Of a stretch of DNA of 64,000 nt, positions 49,420 to 59,534 are shown in pieces. Source of the stretch: an uncultured Acidobacteriota bacterium (GTDB lineage Bacteria > Acidobacteriota > UBA6911); NCBI GenBank assembly GCA_963843575.1, contig CAWJKZ010000011.1, positions 106,341-170,340 on the forward strand, given 5' to 3'. The position numbers and the translations under genes are program-made. The notes below the pieces were generated by a model. The model did no database searches and had not been told where the DNA came from. It worked only from the letters and a program-made list of their open reading frames with translations. Each line of letters begins with the position of its first letter. The stretch's first letter is position 1.

Positions 49420-49685
49420 TGCTCTGAATGCCCGGGGACGAATCTGCACAATTACAGCTGCAAACTACGTCCGGGCCGAAGAGGCTGTCCAACGGTTGAT
49501 TGTGGAGTGCGGCGGCTCGACGGCTCGACGCCGCTTTGGTGGTGGCGCCTCGGCGCCACCAAAGGCCGAGGTCGCAGGGTCGCCTCTCGCAATTCGGCGT
49601 GGCGCCGAGGCGCCGGGCATTCCTGCCGTAGGACGAGTGAAAGCGACGCCGAGGCGCCGCACTCCAGATTCGTACGAGGTGATCC

Positions 49686-51437
49686 GTGCAGAAGACCCTT
49701 GTTACACCACACGGCGGAACGCTCGTCGACCTCTTCGTCTCGAATGAGCGAGCTGCGGATACCGCGAGGGAATCGAAGTGTCTGCCCTCCTGGGTCCTGA
49801 CGCCGCGGCAGCGGTGCGACCTCGAGTTGCTCATGAGCGGAGGGTTCTCGCCGCTGAAAGGATTCCTCAACCGGGAGGATTACCATTCGGTGCTCGAGAC
49901 GATGCGCCTGGCGGATGGAACGCTCTGGCCGGTCCCTGTAGTGCTCGATATGCCAGAAGAGCACGCCTCGAGGCTCAGCAAGGGGGATCGGCTCGCCCTG
50001 CGCGACGACGAAGGCGTGATGCTCGGTATCCTCCACGTCGAGGAAGTGTGGCGCGCGGATCGCCAATTGGAGGCGGAGAAAGTCTACGGCACGATAGATC
50101 CAGCCCACCCAGGTGTGCGGCACCTGCTGGAGAGTACGCACCCCGTATACGCGGGCGGCCGCGTCGAGGGGATCCACCCTCCTGCGCACTACGATTTCCG
50201 GACGCTCCGGCGCACGCCCGCCGAGATGCGCAGCGAATTCCAGCGGCTCGGCTGGCGGCGCGTCGTGGCCTTCCAGACGCGGAATCCTCTCCACCGGGCG
50301 CATTTCGAGCTGACATTGAGAGCCGCCAGGGAGTGCAACGCAAACCTCCTTATCCACCCGGTAGTGGGAATGACGAAACCGGGCGACCTCGATCACTACA
50401 CGCGGGTCCGCTGCTACGAGGCGCTGATGCACCGTTATCCCCCGGGGACGGTGATGCTTTCGCTCCTGCCGCTCGCCATGCGGATGGCAGGCCCCCGGGA
50501 GGCAGTCTGGCACGCGATCATCCGCAAGAACTACGGCTGTACCCACTTCATCGTGGGACGCGACCACGCAGGACCCGGCGTCGACGGGGGCGGCAACAGG
50601 TTCTATGGCCACTACGATGCCCAGGAGCTGCTTCGAGCGCACGAAGCGGAGCTCGAGGTGCAGATGGTGCCGTTCCGCTCGATGGTCTACCTTGAAACCG
50701 AGGACCGGTACGTCTCCGAGGACGAAGTGCCCGAGGGCGCGCATGCCTCCAACATGTCGGGGACGGACCTCAAGCGCCGCCTCGCCGAGGGGCGCGACAT
50801 CCCGGCATGGTTCACGTTCCCGGAGGTGGCGGCGGAACTCCAGAAGAGCCATCCTCCCCGCAGCCGCAGTGGGTTTACCGTGTTCTTCACCGGGCTGTCA
50901 GGCGCGGGCAAATCGACAATAGCTAACGTGCTCCTCGTGAAGTTGCTGGAAATGGGCGGCCGCCCGGTGACGCTCCTGGACGGCGACATCGTCAGGAAGA
51001 ATCTCTCCTCCGAGCTCGGGTTCTCAAAGGAGCACCGCGACATCAACATCCGCCGGGTCGGATTCGTCGCGTCCGAGATCACGAAGAACGGCGGCATAGC
51101 AATCTGTGCCCCAATTGCCCCCTACGACAGGACGCGGCGCGACGTGAGGGCCGCCATCGAGCCGCTCGGCTGCTTCGTCCTCGTTTACGTGTCGACCCCG
51201 ATCGAGGTATGTGAGCAGCGCGATCGCAAGGGGCTCTATGCGAAGGCGCACGCGGGCCTCATCCCCGAGTTCACGGGGGTCTCGGATCCGTATGAGGCGC
51301 CGGCTGATGCGGACGTCGTCATCGACACGACCGACCTCACTCCCGAACAGGCTGCCGAGGAAGTGCTGCTGCACCTCAGGAATATAGGGTGTATAGGCAC
51401 AATCACCCCGGCGGATCCGCGCGCATCCGCGTCCTGA
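49686..51437 (+). CDS. Bifunctional sulfate adenylyltransferase / adenylylsulfate kinase (PAPS synthase)
   Basis: ATP-sulfurylase motifs QTRNPLHRAH and GRDHAGPG in the N-terminal two-thirds; APS-kinase P-loop FTGLSGAGKSTIA and LDGDIVRKNL in the C-terminal third. GTG start. Confidence 0.85.
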   Translation: MQKTLVTPHGGTLVDLFVSNERAADTARESKCLPSWVLTPRQRCDLELLMSGGFSPLKGFLNREDYHSVLETMRLADGTLWPVPVVLDMPEEHASRLSKGDRLALRDDEGVMLGILHVEEVWRADRQLEAEKVYGTIDPAHPGVRHLLESTHPVYAGGRVEGIHPPAHYDFRTLRRTPAEMRSEFQRLGWRRVVAFQTRNPLHRAHFELTLRAARECNANLLIHPVVGMTKPGDLDHYTRVRCYEALMHRYPPGTVMLSLLPLAMRMAGPREAVWHAIIRKNYGCTHFIVGRDHAGPGVDGGGNRFYGHYDAQELLRAHEAELEVQMVPFRSMVYLETEDRYVSEDEVPEGAHASNMSGTDLKRRLAEGRDIPAWFTFPEVAAELQKSHPPRSRSGFTVFFTGLSGAGKSTIANVLLVKLLEMGGRPVTLLDGDIVRKNLSSELGFSKEHRDINIRRVGFVASEITKNGGIAICAPIAPYDRTRRDVRAAIEPLGCFVLVYVSTPIEVCEQRDRKGLYAKAHAGLIPEFTGVSDPYEAPADADVVIDTTDLTPEQAAEEVLLHLRNIGCIGTITPADPRASAS

Positions 51438-51445
51438 AAAACAGG
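51408..51445. repeat. ATCCGCG REP-like element overlapping the PAPS synthase 3' end
   Basis: GCGGATCCGCGCGCATCCGCGTCCTGAAAAACAGG; the stop codon of the gene lies inside it. Confidence 0.6.
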
Positions 51446-51475
51446 TTGTACTTGCGCTGCAATAGCGCGCAGGAA

Positions 51476-52891
51476 TTATTTCCTTCTCAGGAACCGGAAG
51501 GATAGAACGGCCGTGCTCGTCACGTTACGATCCCCGAATCTGGCCGGGACGAAAGTGCTTTGGCGCGCCGCGCTGATCGCGATGCTTGAGAGGTGGCGGA
51601 GCAGGGCATTTCCCGAAGCCAATGATTCGGCGCTCGTGACCGCGCCAAAGGCGTTAATCTTCACCCTGACATTGATCTGAACGGAATCAACGGTGAACGG
51701 ATATAAGCTGTAGTAGAGGTCCGGCTGAATCAGACGGATCGGGCGCGGTGGAACCCCATCAAAGCCGGATACCTCTCCCCCCTGTGCCGGGCTAGGCCGG
51801 TCTCGCCAGCTCTCTTCGGTGAAGCCAACTGTCATTCCCTCCACGCCCCTTTTCGGACGTTTCATGCGCAACGGTGCGGCGGGTGAGGCGGCGCTGGTTC
51901 GTGAATTATCCCTCTGGAATTTGTCTTTGGCGCGCAGCAGGTTCTCTTTGCTAGTAGTCATGCGATCCGGCTTGGAGAGTGCTGCCGTGGGGGCGAGTGG
52001 CTGTGAACCCATGGCCGGATCAGATCGTGGCACCAATTCGCTAATCTCTTCGGTGAGTGCGAGCGGCCTCGGTTTTTGTTGGACAGAACTCTTCTGCGAA
52101 GATTGCGGACGGGATTGCCTGGTCGAGATCAGGCGCCAGCAAGGGACTGCCGCGATGCAGAGTGCAAGTGCCCAGACCAGGGGCGAACGGCAGGCAGTTT
52201 GAATAGCCGCGCGTGGCATCTGTCTGAATCGGTTCTTTCCGGCTGCCGGACGGGAAGGGTCCTGAAGCATTCGAGGGCCAAGTTTTTCGGTGTCCAGCAC
52301 GTCTGGATCGGAGGTTTGCTCCGGTTCGGACTGTTCAACGTTATCTGGAGGCTGCAATGCATGTTCCGGGGAGTTAATGTAATCTCGGGATGCGGTTTCG
52401 GCGCCCGGACGGTTGGGAAATTGCACTTTTGTTTCGCTGGCTAGCAGTAGCTGTCGATCCATTTCCCCCCATACAAAGACAGATCCGGTATTGCTCCCCT
52501 GAGATGTGCCTATCAAGAGAAGCATCGAGGCAGACTCGGGCAGGAATTCCCTCATGACCCGCAGATCGCGCTCGTCCGGCACCGGTTCTGCGCTGGAGGC
52601 GAGGCGATAATAGCCCAGAATTTCGAGTTGACCGGCTCGCCTTTGCAGCGAGGACGCGAACGGTTTCCAAAATTGATCTCTATCCCGCACGAGCTTTCGG
52701 CCGAGTTGCGGAGCGTAGCTGAATACGATCGCAGCTCCCCCGTTACTCTGGCCCAGCAAGAGACCGCTTGGTTCCGACGGTCCCGGCGGGATCAATGCGC
52801 GCGAAATCTCCTTCTGCAAGGCCTCAATGAGGGCGAGATGCATGAACACCGTGAATTCCCGACCGGCGAAATGCAATTCGCAATACTGCAT
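51476..52891 (-). CDS. Membrane protein with TonB-C-like C-terminal domain (hypothetical)
   Basis: Single TM VWALALCIAAVPCW; Pro/Ser/Gln-rich linker; C-terminus PIRLIQPDLYYSLYPF...SFRF resembles TonB/energy-transducer C-terminal domains; N-terminal ~130-aa globular domain of unknown type. Confidence 0.5.
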   Translation of the reverse strand: MQYCELHFAGREFTVFMHLALIEALQKEISRALIPPGPSEPSGLLLGQSNGGAAIVFSYAPQLGRKLVRDRDQFWKPFASSLQRRAGQLEILGYYRLASSAEPVPDERDLRVMREFLPESASMLLLIGTSQGSNTGSVFVWGEMDRQLLLASETKVQFPNRPGAETASRDYINSPEHALQPPDNVEQSEPEQTSDPDVLDTEKLGPRMLQDPSRPAAGKNRFRQMPRAAIQTACRSPLVWALALCIAAVPCWRLISTRQSRPQSSQKSSVQQKPRPLALTEEISELVPRSDPAMGSQPLAPTAALSKPDRMTTSKENLLRAKDKFQRDNSRTSAASPAAPLRMKRPKRGVEGMTVGFTEESWRDRPSPAQGGEVSGFDGVPPRPIRLIQPDLYYSLYPFTVDSVQINVRVKINAFGAVTSAESLASGNALLRHLSSIAISAARQSTFVPARFGDRNVTSTAVLSFRFLRRK

Positions 52892-53278
52892 ATTTGGTGC
52901 TCCCGAGGCAAAGTCCTGGAGGGGGAATTGATACTACATGTTACCACAGCCAGAGCGACCCGTATGCCGCCGCGTAGCCAACAGCCCGAGGGACCGAGCT
53001 ATGCAACTGATGCCAACGATCCTGTCCGGCAGAGCCGGTTGGACGCCAACACCACGGAATCTGGCAATTCGGCTCTCGGGAGACGAGCGGGCGAGGGCAA
53101 CACAGTGGGCAGCAACAATACGTTTCCGGGGTATTGGACCGGCAGGTACAACACGACCGGGAGTACCCACGTGTTTGTAGATTGCATGGACAGGCAAACA
53201 CCTTCTTGCCAACACGTTCGCGACGACAGCGGGTCCAATTATCCGGAGGTGGTATGCTTTACGAGAAAGGAGCAGCCC

Positions 53279-53758
53279 ATGTCAGCGACAACTAAGGTGA
53301 ATCCTTCTGAAGAGACCATCACCATTGGTCCACTCAGCATCCGCTTCCTCCTCACCGGAGAGGACACCAACGGCAGCGTGTCTGTCTTCGAAGTCATGGT
53401 GCCCGCGGGACAGAAGTTGGCTGCCCCCGCCCACAAGAACGACGCCTACGAGGAGACCCTTTATGGCATCCAGGGCGTGGTGACCTGGACCATCGATGGC
53501 AACCCCATCGAGGTTGGCCCCGGTCAGGCTGTCTGCATTCCGCGGGGCGCCGTCCATCGGTTCGACAACTTCGGCACCCAAGACGCCAAGCAGCTTTCTA
53601 TCATATCGCCGGCCATTATGAGTCCGGCCTATTTCCGCGAAGCGAGCGCAGTGTTGAATGACTCGGCGGGTGGCCCGCCAGGCGTTGCTAAGATGGTCGA
53701 GGTCTTCCGCCGTCACGGGATGACAATTGCTGCCCCACCGCCTGCGCCTGGCATCTGA
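53279..53758 (+). CDS. Cupin domain protein
   Basis: RBS GAAAGGAG; small beta-barrel-type sequence (GSVSVFEVMVPAGQKLAAPAHKNDAYEETLYGIQGVVTWTIDGNPIEVGPGQAVCIPRGAVHRF). Confidence 0.7.
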   Translation: MSATTKVNPSEETITIGPLSIRFLLTGEDTNGSVSVFEVMVPAGQKLAAPAHKNDAYEETLYGIQGVVTWTIDGNPIEVGPGQAVCIPRGAVHRFDNFGTQDAKQLSIISPAIMSPAYFREASAVLNDSAGGPPGVAKMVEVFRRHGMTIAAPPPAPGI

Positions 53759-54527
53759 GTTCACCCGAGACCTTCGGTCGAACCGGCGGGCCCGCTCTTT
53801 GAGCCCGAGTCCGAACCGGTGCTGCAGGTTCCGCGATCAGCCGGCCCTGCTCCAGGGCACTGTCGCCGTCGGAGGTGCGTAACGAGTGGCCCAGCACGAG
53901 AGCCTCGGCCTCGTTCATCTGCCAGACCGCCGCGCACACCGTGTCTCGGCCCAGCGCAGATATCCCCCTAAATGTCTCGAATCGACTTTCAGAGCCGATT
54001 CGCCGGCCTTCCCTCTGGTCGCGGGGGGCCGCGCAAGGCTATTCCGGTCTTGAACAGCATCTGAATCGATATGGCAACCTCTACGGCAAGGTCAGATTGC
54101 GCCCCTTGTTTTCAACAAGTTAGCGCGGCACCATTTTCTCACTTCTGGGACAGGTTACGAGGGTATGACATTGCAGTGAATCGTTTTCCGCAGAACAATT
54201 TCCTATTGCTCCGGGAACCCGACGGGTGTATCGTGCCGGGTTATAAGTATTGAGCTTTAGCGCCGAAACCAGAGCGCAACTCGCGCAAGACCTCGCAGCA
54301 CTCTCTTTCCGACGGAACACTTGGCAAAAACACACCTACGGTAGGTGTACAAGTGAATTCCACAAGGGCATTCTGTACGTCGACAACCATCAAAAGCATC
54401 GCACCTCACCTGTCCTGGTGTGCTGACCCAGGAACTCCACTGTGCCAAGCCGGCGATCGCGGCTGTGAAAAGTCGTGGAGCTCCTCTAGGAAATCCGAAA
54501 CCATCAGATGCGCTAGGGAGAAAACAC

Positions 54528-54857
54528 ATGGCGCACAACCACGGACATGAAGGTAATGAATATCAGATCAGAATTGTTCATAGGGACGGAACTGAGGAAC
54601 TGAGCGGATGGATGAACAGCACAGAGCAGGTTGCTCAGGCGATGGCTGCGGCCCAAAGGCTACAAGGTAGAGCTTACTGGCTTCTGGAACGAAACGTCCT
54701 GTGTCCCAACTGCTTAGACAGGGGACTCGGTCTGGAATATCCCATTATGGGTATCCCGTCTCCGCGATGCATGCCACACGACTCCCGTTATCTGCTGGTA
54801 TCGGGGTCGAGGAACCGGTCCGCGTTGGGCTTTTCAACGTTATGGCACACACTGTAA
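54528..54857 (+). CDS. Hypothetical protein (His-rich N-terminus, CxxC pair)
   Basis: RBS AGGGAG; MAHNHGHEGNEYQIRIVHRDGTEEL...CPNC...; lies in a lower-GC stretch; no known domain. Confidence 0.4.
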   Translation: MAHNHGHEGNEYQIRIVHRDGTEELSGWMNSTEQVAQAMAAAQRLQGRAYWLLERNVLCPNCLDRGLGLEYPIMGIPSPRCMPHDSRYLLVSGSRNRSALGFSTLWHTL

Positions 54858-55073
54858 GCTAGCGCACGCACGGAATCGGCATTCAGCTGCCCTGGCGGGG
54901 AGTCCGGCGCCGGCGTGATAGTAGCGGTCGCCCGGTCAGAACATCTCCGGCGCTTTCGTACCGTCCGATACTTGGGTGGAATTCAACAAACTGGGTATCC
55001 CGTTGACTCAGGTGCCCACTATTTCTTGTCTCCACGCACTTTGGACACCGATAGACCAGTTCCTGAAGCAGTG

Positions 55074-55688
55074 TCAGGCTCCAGGGAGGATTCGCAGAAT
55101 GAGGAGTGTGATGTCGTCGTAGCGCGCGGCGGTGCCGACGCCGGCGACGTCGGCCACAACCAACAGCAGGTGCTCCGTCGCGGGCTGTCCCGGCGGCGCC
55201 GGCCGGAGAAAGGCGTCATAGTAGTCGCCGGAAACGGTATTGGCCGGCAGAGTCACGAAGGCGATGTCGGTGCCCGTCACCGGCGGAGGTGCTTTTGGCA
55301 CCAGCCACCCCTGTATTTCGCGCGCAATTTCCAGGTCCCGCTTCATCGTCACACGGTCGGCGAGCTCGAGACCCAGGACCAAAAGCACGAGCAACGCTCC
55401 GAGGATCATAGGCCCCTGGTCCTGTTCCTGCCTCCCGCCTGCCAGCAACAGAAGTCCCAGGATCAGGCAGACGCGTCGCGCAGCGGACAATTCCCAGAAC
55501 AAGGCCGCTGCAATTCGCGCAAACTGCTTCCACCGCGGCATGCGTCGGAAAGTTTCGGACTCCATTTTCCTGGAATACAGCCCATAGCTGGAACTTGCTT
55601 CGGACCGGAGCTGGCGCCAGAGGTCCTGCAGCGCTATGCCGTCCGTCAGCCGCTTCCATAAGCTCGGGCCTCTTCGCAATAGGCCCAT
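55074..55688 (-). pseudogene. PP2C-type (SpoIIE/RsbU) phosphatase remnant with internal deletion
   Basis: N-terminal TM segment, then GDYYD...LLLVVADVAGVG running directly into the domain-terminal YDDITLLILRI; ~130 aa of the catalytic domain are missing. Confidence 0.45.
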
Positions 55689-55839
55689 CGAGATCTCCTC
55701 CCGCTATGCTCCGTGTTAGGGCAGCTTACCACGCATGATGAGCTGGCGAGCGGATGCTCCTGCCGCCGCCTTCGCCCCAATGAAATCACAGTTCGGGAGT
55801 CTCCGTGGCGAGATTCCACATCTGGGAGGAGAGAGCCGC

Positions 55840-56102
55840 ATGACTAACAAATCCAAAACATCCGCTGCACACTCGAAGTGTGACCTCAGTCGCCTGTCGG
55901 ATCTGTTTAGAAAAACAAAACTTTAGTCGGTTGTTGCTTCATCGAAGTAGAGGTTGAGGCGGTGGGCGCGTCCGGATGGCGGACAACCTCATCGGCGAAC
56001 TGGCTCGGGCCGCCCTCAGGTGAAGCTCACGGTTATATCCCAACAGGGCAAGGAAGCAATCGTCGCCATTCTGGACGCCGATATTTCCCTCTTCCGTTCG
56101 TA
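55840..56102 (+). pseudogene. Crp/Fnr-family regulator remnant (fragments)
   Basis: MTNKSKTSAAHSKCDLSRLSDLFRKTKL* followed in another frame by ...LTVISQQGKEAIVAILDADISLFRS*; weak cNMP-binding-domain resemblance. Confidence 0.3.
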
Positions 56103-56235
56103 AAGAGCGTATAGTCATCTCAACTGTCTAGCGCCTTTATATCTTCTACCGAAGTGAGGCATTGACGCTACCCAGCTCAGGAGGTAGCCGGATAATGCCC
56201 GCCAAAGCGCAGGTTTACGAGGCCACCCCGCAAAT

Positions 56236-56402
56236 CAAAAATCGAATCTTAGTCGCGCATCTGGGGATGACGTCTTCATCCCGCAATAAAGGCCACCGGT
56301 TACATGTCGCTCAGTGAAGGAGACACGGTTGAATTCACCGTGGCGAGAGACCCGAAAGGTCTCCAGGCGCAAGACGTGGTGAAGATTCCAAGGATGACCT
56401 AA
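56236..56402 (+). pseudogene. Cold-shock protein (CspA family) 3' remnant
   Basis: ...GDDVFIP then frame change to ...AIKATGYMSLSEGDTVEFTVARDPKGLQAQDVVKI matches Csp C-terminal strands; no N-terminal KGxVKWFN segment upstream. Confidence 0.4.
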
Positions 56403-56426
56403 CTGAATGCTGAAAGGGAGGGGAAG

Positions 56427-56843
56427 ATGGCAGATACGGTTCGCAAAGTCGATTACTTCTACATTGAAACCCAGGATAAACCAGGGGAGGGGGCCAAGGT
56501 GCTCGCAGCGCTCCGGGATGCGGGCGTAAACCTTATTGGCTTTACTGCGTTTCCACGAGGGCGTTGGAGGGCTCAGATTGATTTTATCCCGGAGGATGCG
56601 GTTGCGTTTAAGACCGCTGCGAGGAAGGCTGGACTCAAGCTCAGCGCCAAGAAGACGGGCTTCTTGATCCAGGGGGAAGACCGACCGGGTGCGTTTGCCG
56701 ACATACTGCGTAAGCTCGCTGCGGTCAACGTCAATGTTACGGCGAGCGACGCCGCATGTGCCGGGGGAGGTCGCTACGGAGCGATGCTCTGGGTAAAACC
56801 CACTGACGTGCGGAAGGCGGCGAAGGCTCTTGGCGCTACATAG
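56427..56843 (+). CDS. ACT-domain-like small protein (hypothetical)
   Basis: RBS AGGGAGGGGAAG; 138 aa MADTVRKVDYFYIETQDKPGEGAKVLAALRDAGVNLIGF... with two beta-alpha-beta-beta-alpha-beta-like halves. Confidence 0.55.
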   Translation: MADTVRKVDYFYIETQDKPGEGAKVLAALRDAGVNLIGFTAFPRGRWRAQIDFIPEDAVAFKTAARKAGLKLSAKKTGFLIQGEDRPGAFADILRKLAAVNVNVTASDAACAGGGRYGAMLWVKPTDVRKAAKALGAT

Positions 56844-57105
56844 CGCAGGGCGAAGCCCGACCCCAGGGCGGCGTGGCGAGGTGCCGGGAGAGGCCCCCAC
56901 CGGCCGCCCTTTCTTGGTCTAGCAGCAGTGGTGGTGATGCCCGTCGGGGTGGGCACATCCTCAGGCAGGGGCCACGTAGCGCTCGGGCTCCTTGTCGAAT
57001 TCCTTCTTGCAGCTCGGGGAGCAGAACACATAGGTTTGCCCGGCGTGCGTACTCCTGTGCGGGGAGTTGTCGTCACGGTCATGCCGCAAACAAGGTCCTT
57101 GGCCC

Positions 57106-57776
57106 GCGTGCGGCTCTTTCGGCTGAGTTGTTGGAAATTCGCCCGTTTTTCTTTTGTGCCAGAACAGAATTGACCGAACGGTGTGTCCCCGGCGCGAAAG
57201 CGGTCGGCCTGGCGCTGCTGTATTCGGACCTCCGTATCGGCCCGAGTCAGGCTACGGCACAAATTCCGATTCTCGCTCCGGCGGGAATGCCAGCTACCGG
57301 CCCTTGTTCTCATGCGTGTGCACGGCCCTTTCGGGGTGGTCGGCGGCATCCTCGAGACCGTCCACGACCCCGGCCTCGTATGCCTGGTCCGTCTCGGCGA
57401 GTTCTCCAACGCTCTCCTCGTCAGCGTCCGCAATTTGCGAAAGCCCCTGGGCATCACCCGATTGCCCCGCGCTGTCAGAACTTGCTTCCTCCGGGTCCCT
57501 CCCAAGCTCATCGATCTGAGCCTCGTCATTCCGCAGTTTACGTGTCACCATGGACACCTCCCCAGAGCGCCAGAATCGAGTGCCGAATAGTGGCTGCTCA
57601 TTGGATGAATTTCGCCAACACTTGCATGGGGCTTCTTGGTCGCGGCGATGCTCTTCAATTTCGCGCGGTCCGTCACCATCGCCCGACGGAACCGGGTATC
57701 ACGCTGTACGTCGACGAGATCGGCCCTTCAGTGCTCTGGCACTTCGCGCCAGGCTCTTCGCGTCCCTGCTTGCGGA
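57106..57776. repeat. 671-bp direct repeat, copy 1
   Basis: Near-identical to 62426-63096 (a handful of substitutions and two 1-nt indels by eye); both copies yield identical ORF-track peptides. Confidence 0.9.
57294..57557 (-). CDS. Small acidic protein encoded inside the direct repeat (87 aa)
   Basis: GTG start; MSMVTRKLRNDEAQIDELGRDPEEASSDSAGQSGDAQGLSQIADADEESVGELAETDQAYEAGVVDGLEDAADHPERAVHTHENKGR. This is the only frame in the repeat with non-biased composition. Confidence 0.4.
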   Translation of the reverse strand: MSMVTRKLRNDEAQIDELGRDPEEASSDSAGQSGDAQGLSQIADADEESVGELAETDQAYEAGVVDGLEDAADHPERAVHTHENKGR

Positions 57777-58549
57777 CCCATCGCACACCTCCCGTCGGTG
57801 TGCATTGCCAAGTATTCCGTTGGAAGAGAGTGCTGCGGGCGGTAATTGGGTGAGTTGCGCTCTAATTTTCGGCGATGACATTCAACGCTCACGGCAAGCT
57901 ACACCCGTCGGATTCCCCGATCTATGGGAAATTGTCCACGGGAAATTGTTCTGCAGATCCGCAGACGATAATTCACTGCGATACCATGAGCTTATAACCC
58001 GTGGTTGCCGCTCCTGAAGTCGGATGAGCAATTCTGAACACGCAGTTGAGCAAGATTAAACTGACGCGTGAATTCCCCCGGAGTACAAAGAGTCAGGCCA
58101 CAAGCGAGAATCTGGCAGGAGGCCAGGAGCCAGAGGGGCGTAATAGGAGGCTTTCAGGCTGAAAAGAAGGGGTGCGAGCGGCATCACGGCCTGTTGCGGT
58201 TGAGGGTGGGAAATTGATTGGCTGAAAGCATCGAGGGTTTCGATGAAACCCTCAGCTTGTTTCGCCTGTCCACCGCGGTTGTCCTCTCATCGCTGGGGCT
58301 TCGTGGAAGGGGGGGGCGTCTTTCCTGAGCCCTATTGGAAACAGCAAAGGCGATGGCCAGCCTCAGCGGAGGTACTCCAGCGGCAGGCCATCGCTCGTTT
58401 GGTGCTTGCACGACTACGCGCGGTGGGGAGGTGCAGTAGCAATCTGGAACAAGGCGCCTATCGCGTGGTTTGATGAATCGCAGAATGCCTTAACCCTCAA
58501 CAGTGCATACACGAGATCGAAGCCAGTCCTGAGCTGAAAGGAGATTCCC

Positions 58550-58717
58550 ATGTTACTGATCTTGTTGATTATTGTCCTGCTGCTCGCGTTCGGCGGCGGC
58601 GGTGGGTATTACGGATATAAGAGATGGGGGACGGGCGGAGGCGTCGGGATCGTCGGGCTTGTCCTGATCATTCTGGTGCTCTTGTACCTGTTCGGTGGAT
58701 TGCCTCTGCCCCGTTGA
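58550..58717 (+). CDS. Small hydrophobic membrane protein (DUF3309-like, 55 aa)
   Basis: RBS AAAGGAGA; MLLILLIIVLLLAFGGGGGYYGYKRWGTGGGVGIVGLVLIILVLLYLFGGLPLPR. Confidence 0.55.
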   Translation: MLLILLIIVLLLAFGGGGGYYGYKRWGTGGGVGIVGLVLIILVLLYLFGGLPLPR

Positions 58718-58811
58718 AGTTCAGAGGGGGTTATGGGCTTGAACGGCCCAAGGCACCGAGGAATAGGGTCATCTTTGTGGACTAAATGCTATGCCTCATC
58801 AAAGGAGAAAT

Positions 58812-59360
58812 ATGAAAACGCTGAAACTGTGCTTAACCTTGCTCGCGCTACTCCTAGTCGGGATCCTCGTAAGTTGCTCAGGGACGGCCACGCGATCCCC
58901 CGACATTTCTGACAGCATCCGCAAGTCGCTCGATCAAGCCGGCCTCAAGGATGTCTCCGTAAGTCAGGATCGCGACAAGGGTGTAGTGACCCTTGGCGGA
59001 CACGTCGCAGCTGACGCGGACAAGTCACAAGCCGAATCCATTGCGAAATCAATCGCAACTGGGCAGGTTGTCGCGAACCAGATTGCCGTGCTTCCTCCCG
59101 GTGGTGAGAGCGATGCAAAAGCGGTGAACTCTGCTCTCGACAAGGGTGTCGAGAACAACCTGGACGCTGCTCTCATCCAAAACGGGCTTCAGGAGAGTGT
59201 CAAATATGATGTTAAAAATGGTGTGGTCACGCTAACTGGAGACGTCAACTCACAATCCAAGCGTGCGCAGGCCGAGAAGATCGCTGCTTCAGTTCCGAAT
59301 GTTCAGCAGGTGGTGAACAACCTGCAGATTAAGAACCAGAAGGCCACCACGTCGAAATAA
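58812..59360 (+). CDS. BON-domain lipoprotein (OsmY-like)
   Basis: RBS AAAGGAGAAATATG; lipobox LVSCSG; two BON-like modules (IRKSLDQAGLKDVSVSQDRDKGVVTLGGHV...; LIQNGLQESVKYDVKNGVVTLTGDV...). Confidence 0.8.
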   Translation: MKTLKLCLTLLALLLVGILVSCSGTATRSPDISDSIRKSLDQAGLKDVSVSQDRDKGVVTLGGHVAADADKSQAESIAKSIATGQVVANQIAVLPPGGESDAKAVNSALDKGVENNLDAALIQNGLQESVKYDVKNGVVTLTGDVNSQSKRAQAEKIAASVPNVQQVVNNLQIKNQKATTSK

Positions 59361-59534
59361 GAGTTACCGTAGTCGTCGGTGTCCTGGATCAAAACGTCAG
59401 GCTGGCTGGCTCGAACCACGTGCACGGCGGCGAGGCTGTGCTTCGGCTCGCCTCAAATTGCTCCAGGAATCACAGAGGCGCCGCCGCATTCCCGCCCGGG
59501 CCCGGGCCGGAACGCCAAAGACGCCGTGGTCGCC

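Noticed and set aside
49452-50852. 466-aa minus-strand ORF opposite the Sat/CysC gene
   Set aside because: Antisense shadow; the plus frame carries ATP-sulfurylase and APS-kinase motifs.
56774-57590. 251-aa minus ORF (56774-57529) and 135-aa plus ORF (57183-57590) inside the direct repeat (and their twins in copy 2)
   Set aside because: Both have Arg/Thr/Pro-rich junk-like composition; only the 87-aa acidic frame looks protein-like. Duplication inflates their apparent significance.
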